The position numbers and the translations under genes were made by a program. A stretch of 64,000 nt of DNA from the human T2T-CHM13v2.0 reference genome, Homo sapiens. The stretch is taken from NCBI RefSeq assembly GCF_009914755.1, contig NC_060930.1; one strand, written 5' to 3'. The notes beneath the pieces are model-generated. The model did no database searches, was not told where the DNA came from, and saw only the letters and a program-made list of their open reading frames with translations. How positions within the stretch are numbered: the first letter of the stretch is position 1; every line of letters begins with the position of its first letter. This document shows positions 32,679 through 44,575 of the stretch, one piece after another.

Positions 32679-35600
32679 ATACAATGGGAATAATTGGATT
32701 CCTAGGTGGCAGGGGCCAAGTGGCGTCACTCAACAGTCAACGGCAAGGTGGTTGTAGCTACCATAATGGACAGCATAGGCAAAGCAGCAATCAGAATGGT
32801 TTGACTCTTGTAGAGCTCTGGCATTGACTAATTAATCATGGTGTTCCTAGAAGTGAAATTGATAGGATGCCTGTTGCATTTCTACTTAATTTATATAAGC
32901 AGAAAACTTTCAGGTTGAATGGAAAAAAAGACTAATTTGAATTATAAAACAGAGTATAATGGCCTCTCAGTCAGTTTCCAGACTTTAGCCAGTTTACAGA
33001 CCCAGAACCCCTTGAATGAAGGGGAGGCCGGGGTCCTCTTGAGGAAGGACCCCCTATAGTACCGACAATTTATGCTGTTAATCTTTCTTCCTTCCCCAAG
33101 AAGACCTCCAGCCTTTTACCAGGGTAACTGTGCACTGGGAAAAGGGAAATGATCAGACATTATGGGGACTGCCATACACTGGCTATGAGCTGACATTGAT
33201 TTCAAGGGACCCAAAACATCACTGTGGTCCTCCAGTTAAAATTGGGCTTATGGAGGTCAGGTAATTAATGGAGTTTTAGCTCAGGTCCAACTTACAGTGG
33301 GTCCAGTGGGTCCCAGACTCATCTTATGGTCATTTCCTCAGTGCCAGAATGCATAATTAGCATAGAAATACTTAGCAGGTGGCAGAACCCCCACATTGAC
33401 CCCTTGACTGGTAGAGTGAGGGCTATTATGGTGGGAAAGGCCAAATAGAAGCCATCAGAGCTGCCTCTACCTGGAAAACTAGTAAATCAAAAGCAAGATT
33501 GCATCCCTGGAGGGATTGTGGAGATTAGTGCCACCATCAACGACTTTAAAGACACAAGGGTGGTGAGTTCAACCACATCCCCATTCAACTCTCCTATTTG
33601 GCCTGTACAGAAGAGAGATGGATCTTGGAGAATGTCAGAGGACTATCATAAGCTTAACCAAGTTGTGACTCCAACTGCAGCTGCTATATGAGATGTGGTT
33701 TCATTGCTTGAGCAAATTAACACATTTCCTGGTACCTGGTATGCAGCCATTGACTTAACAAATGCCTTTTCCTCCATTCCTGACCATAAGGCCTGCCAGA
33801 AGCAATTTGCCTTCTGCTAGCAAGGCCAGCAATGTACCTTTACTGTCCTACCTCAGGGGTGTATCAACTCTCCAGCTTTGTGTCACAATCTTATTCAGAG
33901 AGGCCTTGGTTGCTTTTCACTTCCGCAAGATATCAAGCTGATCCATTACATTGATGACATTATGCTGACTGGATCATTGAGCAAGAAGTAGCAAACACAC
34001 TGGACTGACTGGTGAGACATTTGTGTGCCAGAGGATAGGAAATAAATTTGACTAAAATTCAGGGACCCTCTACTTCAGCAAAATTTTTAGGGGTCCAGTG
34101 GTGTAGGGCCTGTTAAGAGATTTCTTCTAAGGTGAAGGATAAGTTGCTGCATTTGGTCCCTCCTACAACCAAGAAAAAGGTACAATGCCTACTGGGCCTA
34201 TTTGGTTTTTGGAGGCAACATACTCCTCATTTGGTTGTGTTACTCTAGCCTGTTTATCAAGTGAACTGAAAGGCTTCCAGTTTTGAATGGGGTCCAGAAT
34301 GAGAGAAGGCTCCACCACATGTCCAGGCTGCTATGCAAGCTGCTCTGTCACTGGGGTCATATGACCCAGCAGATCCAATGGTGTGTGAGGTGTCAGTGGC
34401 AGATAAGGATGCTGTTTGGAGCCTTTGGCAGGCCCCCCATAGGTGAATCACAGCGGCGGCCTCTAGGATTTTGAAGCATGGCCCTGCCATCTTCTGCAGA
34501 TAACTACTCTGCTTTTGAAAGACAGCTCCCGGCCTGTTACTGGGCTTTGATTGAAACTGAATATTTGAATATGGGTCATCAAGCCACCTGAACTGCCTAT
34601 CATGAACTGGGTGCTTTCTGACCAATGTAGCCATAAAGTGGGTCATGCACAGCAGCGTTCCATCATCAAATGGAAGTGGTATATACGTGATTGGGCTCGA
34701 GCAGGTCCTGAGGGCACAAGTAAGTTACATGAGGAAGTGGCTCAAATGCCCCTGGTCTCTGCGCCTGTTACCCTGCCTTCTCTTCCCCAGTCTTCACCAA
34801 TGGTCTCATAGGGAGTTCCCTATGATCAGAAGGCAGAGAAAGAGAATGCTAGAGCCTGATTCACAGATGGTTCTGCACAATATGCAGGCACCACCTGAAA
34901 GTAGACAGCTGCAGCACTACAGTCCCTTTCTAGGACATCCCTGAAGGAGAGCAGTGAAGGGAAGTCTTCCCAGTGGGCAGAATGTCGAGCAGCACACTTT
35001 GCATGGGAGGAGAAATGGCCAGATGTGTGATTATACACTGATTAATGGGCTTTAGCCAATGGTTTGACTGGATGGTTAGGGACTTGGAAGAAGCATGATT
35101 GGAAAATTGATAACAAAGAAATTTGGGGAAGAGGTATGAGGATGAACTTCTCTGAGTGGTCAAAAACTATGAAGATATTCATATCCCAAGTGAGTGCTCA
35201 CCAACGGGTGACCTCAGCAGAGGAGGATTTTAATAATCAAGTGGATAGGATAACTGGATCTGTGGATACCACTCAGCCTCTTTCCCCAACTACCCCTGCC
35301 ATTGCCTAATGGGCCCATGAACAAAGCGGCCATAGTGGCAACTGTGGAGGTTATGCATGGGCTCAGCAACATGGACTTCCACTCACCAAGCTGAACCAGC
35401 TACGGCCACTGCTGAGTTTGCCAATTTGCTCAATTTGCCAGCACCAGAGACCAACATTGAGCCCTCGATATGACACCATTCCTTGGGGTGGTCAGCCAGC
35501 TACTTAGTGGCAGGTTGATTATATTGAACCTCTTCCATCATGGAAAGGGCAGAGGTTTGTCCTCTCTGGAATAGACACTTACTCTGGATATGAGTTTGCC

Positions 35601-36040
35601 TATCCTACACAAAATGCTTCTGCTAAGACTACCATCTGTGGACTCATGGGATGCCTTATCCACCATTATGGTATTCCACACAGCATTGCCTCTGACCAAG
35701 GCACTCATTTTACAGCTAAAGAAGTACAACAGTGAGCTCATGCTCATGGAATTCACTGGTCTTACCATGTTCCTCATCCTTCTGAAGAAGCTGGATAGTT
35801 AGAGCAGTGGAATAGCCTTTTGAAGTCACAATTGCAATGCCAACTAGGCGACAATACTTTGCAGGACTGGGGCAAAGTTCTCCAGAAGGCCATGTATGCT
35901 CTGAATCAACCTCCAATATATGATACTGTATCTCCCATAGCCAGGATTCACAGGTCCAGGAATCAAGGGATGAAAGTGGAAGTGGCACCATTCATGATCA
36001 CCCCTAGTGATCCACTAGCAAATTTTTGCTTCCTGTTTCC

Positions 36041-36511
36041 ATGAAATTATGTTCTACTGGCCTAGAGGTTGTAGTATCAGATGGAGGAAGGCTGCTACCA
36101 GGAGACACAACAATCATTCCATTAAACTGGAAGTTAAGATTGCCACCTGGACACTTTGGGCTCCTTCTACCTTTAAGTCAACAGGCTGAGAAAGGAATTA
36201 CAGTGTTGGCTGCGGTGATTGACCCAGGCTATCAAGATGAAATCAGTCTACTACTCCACAGTGGAGGTAAGGAAGAGTACTCATGGAATACAGGAGATCC
36301 CTTAGGGTTGCTCTTAGTATTACCATGCCCTGTGATTAAGGTCAATGGGAAACTACAACAGCCCAATCTAGGCAGGGCTACAAATGACCCAGACCCTTCA
36401 GGAATGAAGATTTGGGTCACTCCACCAGGAAAAAAAAACCACAACCTGCTTGCTAAAGGCAAAGGGAATACAGAACAGGTGGTAGAAGGTAGTAATCAAT
36501 ACCAGCTATGA
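36041..36511 (+). pseudogene. HERV-L dUTPase reading frame (open)
   Basis: ORF 36026-36511: LPGDTTIIPLNWKLRLPPGHFGLLLPLS...KGITVLAAVIDPGYQDEISLLLH, trimeric dUTPase-like motifs located after integrase as in HERV-L. Confidence 0.85.
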
Positions 36512-37760
36512 CCACGTGACCAGCTGCAGAAACGAGGATTATAAATGTCATGAGTATTTCCTCCTTCTTTTGTTAAAAACATGTTTGTGCATGTATACAC
36601 TTGTACTTAAAACAGCTTCATTTTATTTTCTTCTTCCTTTATCATGTGACATAAGATTTATTTATTTCACTTCAGCACTTAAGTATTGTTAACTTTATGG
36701 AATAGCATTTGATTGGGGATTGGTGCATTTCTGGTTGTACAAAGGAGAGTTGTATTAAGTTTGATGTAATTATGACATTATTGTCTTTATTTGAAGGTGA
36801 TGTATGATCTCTGGAGATGTGCATGGGTTCAAGTTGACAAGAGGCAGACTTGTAATGGTTAATACTGAGTGTCAACTTGATTGGATTGAAGGATGCAAAG
36901 TATTGATCCTGACTGTGTCTGTGAGGGTACTGTCAAAGGTGATTAACATTTTAGTCAGTGGGCTGGGGGAGGCTGACCCATCCTTAAATCTGCACGGGAA
37001 CCATCTAATCAGCTGCCAGTGAGGCTAGGATATAAAGCAGGCAAAAAAAAAAAAAAAATGTGAAAAGGCTAGACTGGCTTAGCCTCCCAGCCTACATCTT
37101 TCTCCTGTGCTGGATGCTTCCTGCCCTTGAACATCAGTCTCCAAGTTCCTCAGCTTTGGGACTCGAACTGGCTTCCTTGCTCCTTAGCTTGTAGACAGCC
37201 TATTGTGGGAATTTGTGATCGTTTGAATTAATAATACTTAATAAATTCCTTTATATCCTATTAGTTCTTTCCCTCTAGAGAAGCCTAATACAGGTCGTAT
37301 TCAGACAAATTCAAGTATCAGACAAATGGTCTGAAATTTTTGAAAAATATCAACACCAACATCATGAAAGGCATAAATGGAAGGGAGTGGCTCTTCCAGA
37401 TAAAAGGAGACTACACCTAAATTCTATGCTTTATATATCACTGAAGTCTGAATGTTTTATAAAAGTTATGAAGAACATTATTAGGAAATTTAATTTTTTC
37501 TCAAAATAAACTATATCTTACTGTATTATTATTAATTTCTTTTGGTTATTGTGGTGGAGTTATAGGACTACATTTCTCACCACTACTAAGTATTTTATGT
37601 TGTGTTTGTGAATTATTACAGTTCTGTCATTTTCTCAATGTGATCAATAAGCAAGCATTTATTTAGGGCCACAAGGGGATTCTGGGGCTTAATGACAAAT
37701 CACAATAATTCAGAATTATATACCAAAAAATGGCAAATTCTATGGTATGACAAGTGCTTT

Positions 37761-37793
37761 TATATATATATACACACATATGCATGTCACTGG

Positions 37794-37836
<43 letters not shown>
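37761..37836. repeat. (TA)n(CA)n...(TG)n microsatellite next to a MER5-like fragment
   Basis: Seen directly; followed by gcagattctgatttggtggg...gagtctgcat. Confidence 0.85.
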
Positions 37837-37837
<1 letters not shown>

Positions 37838-39059
37838 CTCACTGGAGATTCTATTAAAAGGCAGATTCTGATTTGGTGGGTTAGCAGTGGAGCCTGAGAG
37901 TCTGCATAATGTACTATGGGCCCTTGGATCGCCAGTTTAATAGCAAGGAGTACAGACTGAAAGAGCTCTAACATAAATAAATTATAAAGAATTGGAGTAG
38001 TTAAGAAAGCCTTCATAGAATAAAAGAATCTTGATATTTTTACTTTTTTCAAAAATGAAGGGGCAAGGTGTAAGACAGAAAGTTATAATAACTGTTCATT
38101 TCTTCATTCTTTACCTCGTGTATCTTCTCAGCAGCTGGCATGTAAAAGACACTATGTGCAACAGTGAGGGCAGTGTTTTGATTCATTTTAGTGTCTCTCA
38201 CAGTGTTTTATATAAAAGATGAGTTCAGTGAATATATTTATTGAACCCAATTTAATTTATGGCTAGGGAATAACCTGGAAAGGGAATTAGAGAGAGAAAT
38301 TATCATGATGCATTTGTGGGTTGGTAAAATAAATAGTTCCAACTCCAGAGAAGCTTAATGTGCCTGGAAGGAGAGGGTGAAAAAAGATTATGAAACGTCT
38401 TGAAACAATAACAGAGAAGTGCGCATTTTGTGTAGTTGAAGTTTTCTAAATTGCGAAATAAGATTCTAAAAATAATGTTATAGGACATTTATTCTGGCAA
38501 CAAAAAACAGTCTTGATTGGAGAGGTGCAAAGTAGCCAATGGGAACCTGCAGCATAATCCAGAGCACCTGGCTCTCCTAATTTACCAGTCTTCTGGCTTC
38601 AATCATTTCCTTTGCCATTTTCTTTTTGGTCTATATCAAAGATTGAGGAAACTAAGTGTCTTCTAATTCCAGGACACTAGGTCATTAGTAAAGATGAGAC
38701 CTTGGTCATCTTTTTTCTTTGTCCATATCAAAGCTCTTATATGCATAGCTGATATATTTTTAACCTTTTACAACTATCTTTTAAAATCAACTTCTTGTCT
38801 GAATTGTTGATAAAAATTCAAGCTGGGCAATTATTGAGGCTAGCCTTTTAGTTACAAACATTTAAAATCCTCCATGGGTTACATTTAAACCTGTTAGTAA
38901 ATATTCACATGCAGATTGTGAATAATTTCTTCCTCTCCATGTTTGCATTTTCCTTTTCTGAACATTGTCTTTTGATGAACCAAATTGTTTTTAAGAATAA
39001 TTTATCCACTTTTTATCCATACCCAATAAAATATTGGAAATTGTCTAGAGACTTTGGAA

Positions 39060-39222
39060 AGGAAAATACAGATCCTTCCCTAACAACCCTCAGAAGGAAC
39101 CAACCTTGCCAACACCTTGATTTGAATTTGTATGCTTCAGAACTGTGAGATGATAAAGTTCTGTCTGTAAGCCACCTAGTTTGTTTTCCTTTGTTACTGC
39201 AGCCCTAGCAAACAATAAAATA
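39060..39222 (+). mobile_element. MLT1 LTR 3' fragment
   Basis: cagaaggaaccaaccttgccaacaccttgatttg...cagaactgtgaga...gcagccctagcaaacaataaaataca. Confidence 0.75.
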
Positions 39223-41279
39223 CAATTTGTGTGCATAAAAGAAAATAATGACCTAGAGAGATTAATTAACTCATCCAGGGGAATACATCCAATGATATCA
39301 GAACTTGTTCTCAAACTCATTTATCTCTGATTGTGAAGGCCTTGCCCTTAACCACTGTACTACATTGAAGAAGTGTAAATAGTTAATAAACACATGAAAA
39401 TAAGTTAATCCTCACTAAATGATATTTTAAGAAATGATTTGTCTTAATTTCATATCAATAGAAAACTATTTAAATACTAACTACTGCTTGGTAGATGGTT
39501 TATTAAATTGATCACTATCTCTTATTGTTATTTGGAGTAGAAATTAACACAGACTCATTTATGGCATTTGATAAGTTGGCAATATAAATATATGAAAGTC
39601 CTTAGACATGTTTATCATTTTCACTCAGAAAGGACTTATTTTTAAATATCAGTAGAACTGGGTAAAAAGTTTATCACTGCAATATGGTTACTAGTACCAA
39701 AGTACTGAAAACATTCAAAATGATCACACATAGCGGAAGGTTTAAACAGATTATAGCACATTCATATGATGGAATTTTATGTGGCCATTAAAATGAAGAT
39801 GTAGAAAAAAGTTTTTAAAGAAATACCAAATATATATATTTTTAAATGTTATTGGTAGAAAGTTTTAATTTTCATGAAAGAAGTGAGAAATATATAGTAA
39901 GATTTAACAGATGTTAAATTTTACAGTTTGAAATTTTCTAAATTGGGGAATAAGATTTTAAAAGTAATGTTTTAGGACAATTATTTATTTATTATTTAGT
40001 CTCAAAGATTATTATATCAAAAAATAACACTCAACGGATAGCTTTAAGAACATTCACACCACTCTCCTTTTTTCTGTCCTCCTTTTCTGGTGGTAAACCC
40101 TATCTTGAAACTGTTATGTTTGTTTTCTGTGTTGTATATATAAAATAATTTTGAATTTTAGGATTACATAAATGGTTTCATACTCTAGTATCAGCTTTTC
40201 TATTCAATTGCTTTCAAGTTGAAAGGCAAAATATATCACTTCAATGAAGCATTTAAATTTTCTTTTCCACTTAAGAAAGTATGTTACAAAATATATACAG
40301 GATGATACAACTGTGTACATATATTCTCATGTATTTATGCATAGGCAACAATATGAATAATTGTAAACAAAAATCTTATTTTGTTTAGTTCTGAATATTT
40401 TCTTCTTCAAACTATGAACTGTTCATATTTTTTAAAAACAAACATTCCTTGTGAAATTATATATATACATATATATGTAATTTCTGTTCACAACTCTAAA
40501 GAATCTCATTCATAAATCAAGAAATATGCAACATGAAGAAATTATTCACCCATTACTATTCTGTAGAAGAAAGTGATGCCTAAATTTTAGTCTCCAAAAT
40601 AAACTTTAATTTATAAGCTGAAGTGATTTAAACATATATGAAACCTGTATCACCATATATCATCATAATTTATTTGTGGAAATAAGTTAAAAATGGGACA
40701 CATTAGTCCACTAAAGAAATAGTTATAAAGAGAAACAAAATGTTCAAGTAAATATAAGGAAAGTATGGGCAAACCTAAAAAGTAATGTATAGTTAAGAGA
40801 AAATGACATTAAACATCTGACTTTATTAATAAGATAGTAAAATGTTTCAAAAGTGTCAACCCATGAACAGAGACTTGGAATAAGAAAATAAAATGATTTT
40901 AATTATCATGGTGTTTATTGAAATAAGATAGTGAGTTATCTGATAAATCCCAGAAACCTCTCATTTGTGTGGTAAAATGTAACACAATGGCCTGAGAAGA
41001 GCCTGCAACAGCTCAAGGAGTCTAGACGGCAGCTTTTAGGGCACAGAGCACAGTGGTGCCCTGGAGGACAAGGACAGTTTTTTTGTTTGTTTGGAAGCTC
41101 AGTGTTGGGCCACATAGTTCTCTCTGACTGTATCTTCCATCAACTCCCCTTTTCGTTCAAACTTTCTTGTACCAAAAACACAGTAAGCAAATGTCTATCT
41201 AGCTCATGCCTTGGCACTTATTATCTCTACCATTTCAAATACCTCTGGCTTCAGATACAAGACGGATTGAATTCCTTAT

Positions 41280-41765
41280 GGTGAAGCAGGTTCACTGTGC
41301 CCCAGTATCAATTCCAGAGGAGGACTGTAAACACCTCACCAATACCATGGACTGGTTTTAATTCACTTGTGTGAGTTCAGTGGAACAGCACTCATACAAA
41401 CAAGTTAAGTGAAGCAACTTCTCACTCACAGAGAAGTAGTAGGGGACAGTAAAAGCCTAAGACTAATGGCCAGCTGTTCAGGAAGGCTGTCCAGGGCAGA
41501 TGGAGTCTTTTCTGCATGTGTCTCACATTGTGCTGCAGGTGAGAGACCCTGAAAACATTCCTCGCTGGGTTTTACACCCCAGAGTACCTTATGCATTGGG
41601 CTAAATTGTTCTGGGGGTACAGGAACAGAGCTTGGGCTCTTCCAGCCACTTCCCCTTATCTCAGGATGTTGCATCCACAGCATATTCTACAGTTATTCTA
41701 CCAACTTCAAGGAAGAAAAAGGGTGGGGAGCCTGGTCAGCCAAGGTCACACAGAAACTGTCCTGC
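41280..41765 (-). mobile_element. Solo ERV LTR (LTR47-like; subfamily uncertain)
   Basis: gtgaagcaggttcactgtgc...aacaagttaagtgaagc...acagaaactgtcctgca. Confidence 0.55.
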
Positions 41766-41769
41766 ACTC

Positions 41770-42020
41770 ACTACTTTGGGTCTCTTCTCAAAGACCACAG
41801 AGGCCTTTCTTGACCACTTGTAAAAAACAGCTGACCCCACCTTCTCCGTCACTCTCTACTCCTCTACGTGGGTTTACTCATAATCATAGCACTTAGCACC
41901 ACATGGCATATGCATCTAGAGATCTGAGAACTTTTCTATTCTGTTCATTGCTGTATCACAGGACCTAAAATAATGCTTGGAACATAATGGATGCTAAACA
42001 AATATTATCAAATCAGTGGT
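41770..42020. mobile_element. L2 3' fragment
   Basis: gaggcctttcttgaccac...tgttcattgctgtatcacaggacctaaaataatgcttggaacataatggatgctaaacaaatatt. Confidence 0.65.
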
Positions 42021-42769
42021 GAATGTATAGGGTATAATAAAGGGAATGGAATTCTAAGTTAGATTTCAGTCTATTTGGAGCCTATCCATAGATCCCATGC
42101 TAAAGTGTCTCTTTTCCGAAAACAGGTATATTCTTTCCTATTAAAACATTGTATTTGGAATTTTTAATTATCTAGTAAAATAAAACAATTTAAAACATTT
42201 AAAATTTCGTATGTCTTCCAATGATCTCTAAACTATAAAAATGCAATTTGCATTTTATATTTTCAAGAGGATTTATAAATAGGACACATTTTTCCTAGTG
42301 TTAAATTACAAATTTATGAAAATATTAAATTAAGAATAATGTAGAGTCAGTGTTTATAAGAATTAGAATGTGGACAAAAACTAGCGAATGGACTGTAGTA
42401 ACAGAAAAGGATGAATGACCTGGTTTACCTTCCTCAAAAGTAAATGCTATTTCAAATTATCTTATAAAAGACTTTATTATGGTATATTTTACAAATCAGT
42501 CTAAAGGACTTGTCAGCAGGAACAGGAATAATGAGTTTTCTTCAGATTACAATGAAAATATACCTAATGGAATTTACTATCTGAGGGGTCAAATAAACAT
42601 AAGTTGTCAGGAGAGAAGGAAAAGGAAAGAAAGTCTCTATGTGCTATCTCTATCATGTCCATCTCAGACATTTGGCTAAAAGACAGAGTAACTTAGGCAT
42701 ATGTGGAACACTTGCTTGGTGATGAAATTAGGCTTCAGATTTCCAACAGTGTTGGATTCAGTGTGCTAG

Positions 42770-42972
42770 TTTCCAGCCTACTCTGCCTGCAGAATTTTCC
42801 ATGTAAGGCTTTGTGGACCCTATAGCTTCTGTCACAAGTACTTAACTCTGGCTTGTAGCTCCAAAACAGCCATAAATAACATATAAGTGACTGGGCATGG
42901 CTGTGATCTGCTACAGTTATTTACACAAATATGTTGCTGGTCAGATTTGGCCCAAGTTTGCTAATTCCTAAT
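42770..42972. mobile_element. MER58-like hAT DNA transposon
   Basis: ggctttgtggacc...tctgtcacaagtacttaactctg...aaaacagccataaataac...gggcatggctgtg...cagatttggccc. Confidence 0.7.
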
Positions 42973-44217
42973 CTATAAACCGGGAATAATAATGCTGTTC
43001 TTGTTTGTTTGTTTGTTTGTGTTTCACAGAGTTGATATAAGTGATCAAATACATGTGAAACGACTACTTCATAAACTATAAATTGTGAAACTCTAACATG
43101 ATGTTCATTAGTATAAATGATGTTGTAACCTTAGACTTCATTACATGAGATATTTTTATGTTGAAACAATATTATGCTTCAGTACCACAGAAAATAACTT
43201 GACTTGCTTTCATGAGATCCCTGATTCTAAAATCTGTTCTATAATATCAGAATACAGAAATCTGGACTTCTAAATTTATCTTTGAGTAAAACTTTGATGC
43301 TTCAGTTATGGAGAGTATATGAAACAAACACATCACTGTATTTTATTTGGTTAATGAAAATCAATAAAAATGTAGGATTAAATTATAAGGAAAATAAAAT
43401 TGATGACATAAAATTAATGATGTAAAGGATGACATACTTTTTTACTGTGCTACCTTAAGGAGATAGAATGTTCTGAAATGAATTTCCATCAAGTACTAAG
43501 AGATGATGCTATCCATTTAAATAGATTTTAATTCATTCTAAATTATAATTGAAATACAAAGCACACAAGATGACCACATTAAAGAGTCATTGTTGAGCAA
43601 GATGGAGCTTGATGGCAGTTTTGCTGTCTGCTTGGGAATGCTGAGCAGAGACAATGGCATTTCTGCTAGAAAATCTGGGAGAGCACATTTTATGGACATC
43701 TCTGAGGAGCAATTAAACTAACTGAATTCAATTAAAAATTGGCTTTAAACCAAGAGGATATGAACTTAGCCAGGAGAATAGAGTGATGTATTAAAAAAAA
43801 AATGAAAAACCCTAGACTTGGAGGCAAGATGTAGAGGATTGCACTGATTCTTTCAGATGCTATCTACAATAAGATTGTGTTATTGCTATAATAGCAAATC
43901 ATTTTAATAAGCAAAGACCTTTAGGAATAATTTCCAGATCACTGCTTCAAGAGCTGAACTAAGGAGATGAGTATGAACGTAGCCAAAGTATTTAGTTTTG
44001 GAAATGGCTTTTGCACCATTTAAGTTATTCTCTCTTTCTGGTTACAATTTCTTTAACAGATGCTAGATATGCCTTAATCTTTCTATATAATACATAGAAA
44101 ACTACCTATAGTTTTCTAAGTTAATTATTTTGATTCAGTTTAATACCATAATTAATGTTTTCCTTGTCTGACTGCTCTTTGCATTAGCCTTGTCAAGATA
44201 CACATAGTATAAATATG

Positions 44218-44575
44218 CAGTTGACCTGTGATCAACATGGGTTTGAACTGTGCAGATCCGTTTATATGCAGATGTTTTTTCAATAAATATATCGAAAGAA
44301 TTTTTGGAGATTTGTGACAATTTGAAAAAAACTCAGATGAACCATGCAGTCTAGAAATACCAAAAACAGTAAGAAAAACGTATGTCATTAATGCATAAAA
44401 TATATGTAAATACTAGTCTATATGTTAATCAAGTGTGTATGTAATCTGTAAAGATTCTAGTCAACAGTAGGTTATATTAGTAGTTAAGATTTGGGGCATC
44501 AAAAGTAATGTATGGATTTTTCACTGCTCTTGTGTCAGTGCCCCTAACCTGCACATTGTTTAGGGGTCCAATTGT
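44218..44575 (+). mobile_element. Tigger2a/MER28-like TcMar DNA transposon
   Basis: cagttgacc...caacatgggtttgaactg...tttttggagatttgtgacaatttgaaaaaactc...gtcaacagtagg...ttgtttaggggtccaattg. Confidence 0.8.
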
